A DNA stretch of 63,958 nt, the filler included, from Candidatus Babelota bacterium (GTDB taxonomy: Bacteria; JAGOBX01): assembly GCA_017999075.1 (NCBI GenBank). It is 11 parts of 11 records of this genome, joined end to end, with 100 filler letters (N's around TTAATTAATTAA, not from the genome) between each part and the next. Parts side by side here need not be neighbours in the genome. Positions count along the whole stretch, not along the records: positions 55,353 to 58,229 come from JAGOBX010000535.1; positions 58,330 to 61,195 come from JAGOBX010000537.1; positions 61,296 to 63,958 come from JAGOBX010000563.1; 8 more parts are not named here. One strand, 5' to 3'. Position numbers and translations under genes: made by a program. Each line of letters opens with the position of its first letter. Position 1 is the stretch's first letter. This document shows positions 57,064 to 63,958 of the stretch, piece after piece. Under the pieces are notes generated by a model. It worked only from the letters and a program-made list of their open reading frames with translations. It was not told the DNA's origin and searched no databases.

Positions 57064-58229
57064 TTGCCGGAATTAATCATTAATTTATAAATTTTTTTCG
57101 ATGTTAATATTTCAATTTCCGCTTGCTTGATTGATATTAAAAAACGTCTGTGTTCAAGTTCGGAGTTAAGCAAATTGTCTATAGGAATAAATCCTTCATT
57201 GTAAAGATTTTTGTTAATGGCAAGAATTTCATCGTATAAAACAAGATTTTTTTTGAAACAATTCATATTTTCGGAAAGTGTCTTTAAAGCCGATAACGCT
57301 TCAGAAAATATAATTTCAGATTCTGTTTTTGCTTTTAAATAAGCTAATTCGTAAAGTTTATATATCGAAGCATATTCGGTTTCAGATATTTTTTTTAATT
57401 TGAAAATATCTATTGGAATATTATATAAAAATGAAATATTCCAGCGTTTATCGTATTTATCAAATACCGAATTAAATGTTTTTGACGAATTTATCAGCGT
57501 ATATCCGTTTGAAATTATAATGTCGGCTTTGAATTTATCGAAATCTATGGTTTTGTCTATATCAATTATTTTTTTTTGGATTCTGAGTTTTTTTAGCTGC
57601 GGCAGCGATTCAATGTTAAAATCATTAATCGCGTCCGCATAAGGCGGCTCAGTATCCTGAATAGTTTCGGGTTCAATTATTTCTAATTCTTTATCGTTAA
57701 TAGATAATCCTGAATATTTCTTTTTAAAGGTTTCAAAGATATTTTTAAATTCCGCGGCGGCCTCGTTTATAGCGGCTTCAGTTTCGTTTAACCGGATTTT
57801 AATTTTCATATGGTCGGCTTTTTTAATTATTCCGGCGGAATATTTTTCCGAATTGGTTTCGTATAATGTTTGCATATCTTTATAGTCTGACAATAATTGC
57901 GAAAGTTTAATTTTTTGTTTCAGGATATCTTTTAATTCTGTAAAAATCGTTCGTTTGAGGGATGTTTTTTTTTCAAGCATTGAATAATAATCATATTCAA
58001 GTTTTAATTTTAATTTTTTTAATTCTCTGTTTTCGCGCGATTCTTTATTAAAATTTTTTGAAATCTTAATTCCGAATTCGGAATATGCGCTGTTTGCAGG
58101 TTCGTAAATTTCGGAAGAGAATTTTGAAGACCCTGCTTTTGCTTGAATATTCACAAGAGTTCCGTCTTTAAAAATTTTGTCAATATTTAATCCTGAATTT
58201 ATACGCCTTGATTTTGTTCTATCTGTAGC
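57060..58229 (-). CDS. TolC-family outer-membrane efflux protein, 5'-partial
   Basis: EKYSAGII...D, YNIPID.F, LYNEGFI...LL..E repeats; ATGA overlap with the ABC gene. Confidence 0.75.
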   Translation of the reverse strand, partial: ATDRTKSRRINSGLNIDKIFKDGTLVNIQAKAGSSKFSSEIYEPANSAYSEFGIKISKNFNKESRENRELKKLKLKLEYDYYSMLEKKTSLKRTIFTELKDILKQKIKLSQLLSDYKDMQTLYETNSEKYSAGIIKKADHMKIKIRLNETEAAINEAAAEFKNIFETFKKKYSGLSINDKELEIIEPETIQDTEPPYADAINDFNIESLPQLKKLRIQKKIIDIDKTIDFDKFKADIIISNGYTLINSSKTFNSVFDKYDKRWNISFLYNIPIDIFKLKKISETEYASIYKLYELAYLKAKTESEIIFSEALSALKTLSENMNCFKKNLVLYDEILAINKNLYNEGFIPIDNLLNSELEHRRFLISIKQAEIEILTSKKIYKLMINSGK

Positions 58230-58468
58230 NNNNNNNNNNNNNNNNNNNNNNNNNNNNNNNNNNNNNNNNNNNNTTAATTAATTAANNNNNNNNNNNNNNN
58301 NNNNNNNNNNNNNNNNNNNNNNNNNNNNNATGTATTATGATACGAAAAACAATTTTCATTAAGACAAAGCGTTGGAAGCAAAGTAATATGAGATAAAGAT
58401 ATAAGGGAGATATTTAACTCAGTTAACCTGCAATGCAAAAATAAAAAACAAGGAGTTAGACAACCGCA

Positions 58469-61195
58469 ATGGACTCACACATATCACATAATCAGACGAT
58501 AACGTCTGTTATATATATTTTAGACGACAGCAAGACTGAACTGCTGATTGCTGAACAGATTATTGTTTCAAAAAAAATAGGAAAGGTTTCTTGTTTTGAT
58601 AACAGCAAATTGTTCTACAAAGCAATAGAAACACAACTGCCTGATATTATCTTGATTGAAATGAATATGGCCGACACGAATAGTATAGATATTTGCTTGC
58701 ATTTAAAATCGCAACCAATAATTCAATTCATCCCCATCATTTTGATATCTGCCTCTAATGACGTTGAGACTGTAAAAAAATGTTTCAGTTCAGGCGCTTC
58801 TGATTATATTAGCAAGCCTTTCATTGAGGATGAAATGATAGCAAGAATAAGAATGCATTTATCATTAAAGAAAATAGAAGACGAAATGAAAATAAAGAAT
58901 AACTCAAGTGAAACATCATTAAATGAAATAACATCAATAGAATATATTAACGAATATAAGCGGCCATATAAAACGCTGCAGGAAAAACTCAGAAGTTATC
59001 GCAAACTATTTGAAAGTAGTCATGACGGCTATGTAGTTGTAGATATAAATGGGCGCTTTATAGAAGCAAACAATGCTTATTGTAAAATGCTCGGTTACAA
59101 AATCAATGAATTGATGGAAAAGGAGAATTTTTACGCGATTACCCCTGAACGTTGGCGAAAATGGGAATATGATGAAATATGGAAAAACCGTCTTCTAGAA
59201 ATCGGCGTGTCGGGTATTTATGAAAAGGAATATATACGAAAAGACGGAACAATTTTCCCTGTTGAAATACAAGCGTTTACTATATTTGATGATAATCGGA
59301 ATATTAAATATATATATGGATTCGTACGAGATATTACTAAGCACAAACTGAAGGAGAATTTTTTAAAAGAGTCAAAACAGCAGTTACTGGATATTATTAA
59401 TTTTTTACCTGATGCGATATTTGCTATTGATACAAGCGGAAAAGTTATTGCATGGAATTTTGCAATTGAAAAAATGACCCAAGTTAAAGCTGAAGATATT
59501 CTTGGGAAGGGCGATTACGAATATTCTTTACCGTTTTATGGAGTCCGCAGACCGATTTTAATTGACTTAGTGTCTCTAAACTCGCAAGAGATTGAAGATA
59601 AATATCATTTTGTCAGGAAGGAAGGAGATAGGCTTCTTGCGGAGATAAGTGTTATGGTCGGGGGGCAAAGACGAGAACTTTGGGGTATTGCCAAACCTTT
59701 ATATAACAGCGAGGGCAAGATTGTTGGCGCGATTGAATCAATTCGCGACATTACAGAATTTAAATTAACTGAAAATGCCTTGAAAGAAAGCGAAAAATTT
59801 TTGCGTACAGTTACTGACAAAGTGCCTGAAGCTATATATGTATTTAATATTTCAAAAGACGGTAAAATGTCTTTTGATTTTATAAGCGGCTATGCTCAGG
59901 AATTATTCGGATACTCTCCGCAGGAATTAAAAAATAATTTTTCTTTAGCGCTGAATCTTGTTATTCCTGAAGACGCGCAGGGTTTACAAGATTCAATCCT
60001 GACCGCTTCAAGTAACAAGCATGATTGGAATTATGATTTCAGAATTTATACTCAAAATGGAAAAAAAAAATGGATACGCGGAATGTCTGCATTACATGAA
60101 GTTTCAAAAGATGCAACAATAGTGTTTATAGGCAGCTTATCGGATATAACGGAAAAAAAACAGGCAGAAGAAAAAATAATAGAGGCAAATAAGAAATTAT
60201 TGGCAGCCACGCAGCAATCGAAGGCTTTAAATCAGGAATTAATTACATCAAACAAAAATCTATTGAATAAAAATATAGAATTGAAAATGAAAAATTTCGC
60301 AATAGATACTTCAATTAATGCTATAGCATTTATAGATGTAAATGGAAAGATATTTTATGTGAATAATTCATTGGTTAAAATGTGGGGTTATGATAACAAA
60401 GAAGAAATAATTGGGATGATTCCTTCAGACCTTCATCCTCCGGGTGTTTTTGAAAATGAAAAAAATATGTTTGATATAATTGCTGAAAGAGGCGGCTTAT
60501 CTGATGAGATAAAAGCCAGAAGAAAAAATGGAGATTTATTTGATATTCATTATACTTGCAGTATCGTTAAAGATTATGATGATAATATTTTGTGTACAAT
60601 GAGTGTAATTGAAGATATAACAAACCGACGGAAGTCAGAAAATGAAATTTTAGAAAAAACGACTTTATTGAATGCGCAGTTGGAAATTTCCATAGACGGC
60701 ATACTTATGGTTGATAGTAATGAAAAAGTAATTAACTATAATTCAAGGTTTGGCGAGTTATGGCAAATACCGCAACATATATTGGATACCAAAAATGATA
60801 ACACGATTTTGGAATATGTTTTGAAACAATTAAAAAATCCACAAGAATTTATTGATAAAGTTAAATATCTTTATGAAAACAAAAAAGAAAAAAGCAGAGA
60901 TGAAATAGAATTTGCGAATGGAGGGTATCTTGATAGATATTCTGCGCCAATAACAAAACCGAACGGCGAATATTTTGGCAGAATCTGGTTTTTCCGGGAT
61001 ATTACAGATAAAAAAAAAATAGAAATATTGTTGAAAGAAAGCGAACAAAAATTTCGAACAATATTTAACAGCAGCTCAATAGGAATAGCCATAACAAAAA
61101 TTGATGGAACTTTACTGGAAACAAATGAGAGTTTTATTAAAATTTTCAATTTTCCAAATAAAGAAAAAATTTTAAAATCAAATGCGTCATATTTT
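58469..61195 (+). CDS. Receiver plus multi-PAS signalling protein, 3'-partial
   Basis: REC (IYILDD, PDIILIE, GASDYISKPF); at least six PAS/PAC units ending (R/E/S)DIT; AAGGAG SD. Confidence 0.9.
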
Positions 61196-61295
61196 NNNNN
61201 NNNNNNNNNNNNNNNNNNNNNNNNNNNNNNNNNNNNNNNTTAATTAATTAANNNNNNNNNNNNNNNNNNNNNNNNNNNNNNNNNNNNNNNNNNNN

Positions 61296-63523
61296 GGTAT
61301 TATCTGAGAACCATAAAAAATTGTATTTTCAGGATTAATTTCTCCTGTTATCTTTAAATAAGGCAAACTGCACTTAATAGCATTTTTTTCAATTTCAATG
61401 CCTGCGCCTTTAACTAACAGAATAATCTGTTTTTCCATTTCATTTCCAGTTTCGTCAATGGATTTAATTTTTATAAACTGAAAGCCAGGTTCAAAACCAA
61501 GCATAGCGCTAAAATTACCATCATTATCGGCAGATACTTTTGCACCATTGATATACACTTTATTCAATGCACCTGTTTTTCCTTTGAAAACAACACCATT
61601 CTCAGTTACAGACATATTTTCAGGCGCTGATAAAGTGATTTCTGGTTTCTGCGTTTTCAAAATAATTTGCCTATAATCAGATGGAGTGCCTTCAATATTA
61701 TTTTCGTCAAGCGCGGTTACTCGCCAGAAATAAACACCGTCTTTTTCCGGAAGTGCGATATCAGCTACTTCAACAGTTATCTGCGAACTTCTGCTGTTTA
61801 TATTTCCTGATACAAGAATATTTTTAAATTCAGGTTCTGACGCAATTTCGACTTTAAAAGAATTTGAATGCTGAATTTTATTCCACTTGAGTTCAATGAT
61901 ATTTTTATTGGTAATCAATTTATCCGCAGGCGCAATAAGCTCAGGCGTGCCAACTGACGGTATCATAATTGAATAATTTTCAAATATTTTTTTCCCAGAA
62001 TCTGCTCCAGATTCATAAATTGTCAATGTAAAAGGTTTTGGTTCCGGAGAAACCGGTATGAAAGATGATATTTTTCCATCGCCTGATACAGGCATACAAA
62101 TATTGCCAAAACAAATATTAGTTCCCTGCTCAACCTCTCCCTGAATATGCATAGTTTTACTGTGAGAATAAATTATATTTTTTTCAACCTCGATTCCTTC
62201 GCCTTTGATTAACATATACATTTGCTTATGAATAATATTCCCTGCTTTATCCCTTGATTTTATATGTAATAATGCAATACCTGGTTTAAATATCATTGAC
62301 GCAGCAAACTTACCTGATTCATCCGCTAAAATTTTCGAACTATTGATAAAAACCTCATTATACGGATTTGTAACGCCTGAAATAATTATTGCTTCTTCGG
62401 TTATCCCGAAATTATCTGGAGAATTAATATCAAGTATGGGGATAGTTCTGCTGATGTTAAAACTTTCAAAAGCAGAAGGCTGCCCTTCAAGACCATTAGC
62501 ATCAAGAGCAGTAACTCTCCAATAAAACTTTCCATCAGGTATTTCATTGGTTTTCACTGTTTCCTTTGTCAAATGCGAACCGCCTTTTGGTATAAAAGCT
62601 GATGCTTCAAGTTTTGTAAAAAATGTGTCGTATGCAAGTTCAATTTTATAAGTATAAGCCTCTGAAATTTTTGACCATTCTAAATTAATTTCATTTTTAT
62701 TAGTTAAATATCCTGCTTTCGGAAAGAGTAATTCAGGTTGACGCGGCAATGCTATCGGAGCTGACGGCGTGCTGCCTTTTTCTGTAATTGAACCGAAACC
62801 CTCCGCAACTTCAACTGTTTTACCTGAAGCAGAGTTTTTTACCAATCCTTCATTAACCGATAATTTATTTTTCTGAGTTTCAGTATCATAATCAAAAATA
62901 AATTTTGTGCCGCGAACGCCCACTACCCCTATTGGAGTTTTAACTTCAAATGTAGCTTCTTTAGTTTTATTATTCAATTTTTTCATAACCTTTATATCTA
63001 AAACTCCACTTGAAAGTTTAAGAGATTTCGCACTTTTTTTAGATACATCCGGTCTTTGAAAATTTATTTCTGTGTTATCCCGTAAAATTATAATATCTTC
63101 GTCTTTTGTTTTAACCAAAGCCCGGCTTTTATTTTGTGTTTTAAATTCCACTCCTTCAGGAAATGAATCTTTTTCCGTAGCTTTATTCCACGCATCCATT
63201 GGATTTCTGCGAAACAATACGTCACCGCTCACGCTTTCCAAAGTATAAACTTTTTCGTCGGTTACTGGTATTTTAATAACAGTTCCTAAAGGTACTGCAT
63301 TAGGATTTTTTATTTTATTCAGTTTTGCAAGTTCTTTCCATTTTTGAAAATTGCCAAGATATTTTTCGGCAAGCGAATATAATGTATCGCCTTTCTTTGC
63401 TATATAATTCATATATTCAATTTTTTCAGCAGCAATTATGCTTGATGAAAAAACAATATAAATAAAGAAAAATAATAAAGAAATATTTTTTTTCAAATTA
63501 AGTTGCCGATTTAAAATTTTCAT
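61296..63523 (-). CDS. Secreted LysM-FecR protein with duplicated FN3/Ig modules, 3'-partial
   Basis: KKGDTLYSLAEKYLG...W.ELAKLN LysM; VKTPIGVVGVRGTKF FecR; two (F)YWRVTALD.N..EG.PS units. Confidence 0.88.
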
Positions 63524-63541
63524 GATATTCTCCTTAAAAAT

Positions 63542-63958
63542 TTAATGAAAAAAAAGATCAATATATTCATCCGCTTGTTTGAGTTTTAAATTTTCGAGAA
63601 TAGCGGTTTTCAATTTTGCTGATAACGATTTAAATGCTTTTTTGATTTTGGAAGGTTTGAGAATTGAAAGCACATCAAGAGCTTGTTCCCAGTCCTTTTC
63701 TTTCTTCAGATCGTTTTCCCGGCGTTCTGCAATATAAACTTTATGCAATGCGAAATATACCGGTTCAGGAACAAATAAAAGCAATTCAGGATTTATCTCA
63801 ACTGATATCGGATGATTTATCATTTCAAGATTATCAATTGGATTCAGCGCAATTTGAAGACCATAAACATATACACCACGACCGATTGAACCATTATGAC
63901 TTTGTTCGGTAATGAACTCAAGTTTGAAATCTTCGTTGTAATATTTATGATATATTCC
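63542..63958 (-). CDS. C-terminal part of a GSU2403-like nucleotidyltransferase-fold protein
   Basis: Frame open to the window end; LEFIT...VPEPVYFALHKVYIAERR...KKEKDWEQA. Confidence 0.7.
   Translation of the reverse strand, partial: GIYHKYYNEDFKLEFITEQSHNGSIGRGVYVYGLQIALNPIDNLEMINHPISVEINPELLLFVPEPVYFALHKVYIAERRENDLKKEKDWEQALDVLSILKPSKIKKAFKSLSAKLKTAILENLKLKQADEYIDLFFH

Noticed and set aside
13389-61295. Recurring TTAATTAATTAA within N runs as a biological repeat
   Set aside because: Artificial all-frame-stop linker joining contigs; ORF tails ending in X...LIN or X...N are artefacts, and adjacency across spacers means nothing
103-63912. Many 60-150 aa ORFs antisense to or nested in long genes
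   Set aside because: Shadow frames of well-supported genes, with no family motifs
1-63958. Alternative genetic code
   Set aside because: Long ORFs are intact in code 11, and TGA and TAG end genes at expected positions

Overview
This window is not one locus. It is 11 AT-rich contigs from a draft or metagenome-assembled bacterial genome, joined by artificial 100-nt N spacers that carry TTAATTAATTAA (13389-13488, 26852-26951, 29852-29951, 43285-43384, 46283-46382, 49281-49380, 52274-52373, 55253-55352, 58230-58329, 61196-61295), so gene neighbourhood only counts within a contig. The organism looks like a diderm (TolC, secretin, porin) and probably an anaerobe (rubredoxin). Contig contents: (1) adenylate cyclase, two giant repeat-rich secreted proteins, a frameshifted porin and a LuxR-type regulator. 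(2) A tight operon: PhnD-like lipoprotein, histidine kinase, TWO highly degenerate PNPase paralogues, diguanylate cyclase, thiE, divIVA, DUF167, PP2C phosphatase, aroA. (3) A small virus-like contig with a membrane-anchored lytic transglycosylase and an RHH repressor. (4) A four-gene secreted-protein cluster whose members share modules pairwise, plus glycan-modification genes. (5-6) Decayed mobile DNA: two AAA/DUF4143 ATPases, tRNA-Lys and tRNA-Cys 3'-half att sites, two integrase remnants, IS21-like ends, an integron-type cassette with attC, and a dead VapBC pair. (7-11) AmmeMemoRadiSam radical SAM with a spermidine-synthase-like membrane protein, secretin with ExeA, TolC with an NTase-fold/ABC fusion, a multi-PAS sensor and a LysM-FecR protein. 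The best candidate for an undescribed system is the tandem pair of apparently catalytically dead PNPases inside a signalling operon. Runners-up are the tip/shaft/base-like secreted cluster, the co-oriented integron and the virus-like contig. All family calls come from motif recognition by eye; no database search was run.
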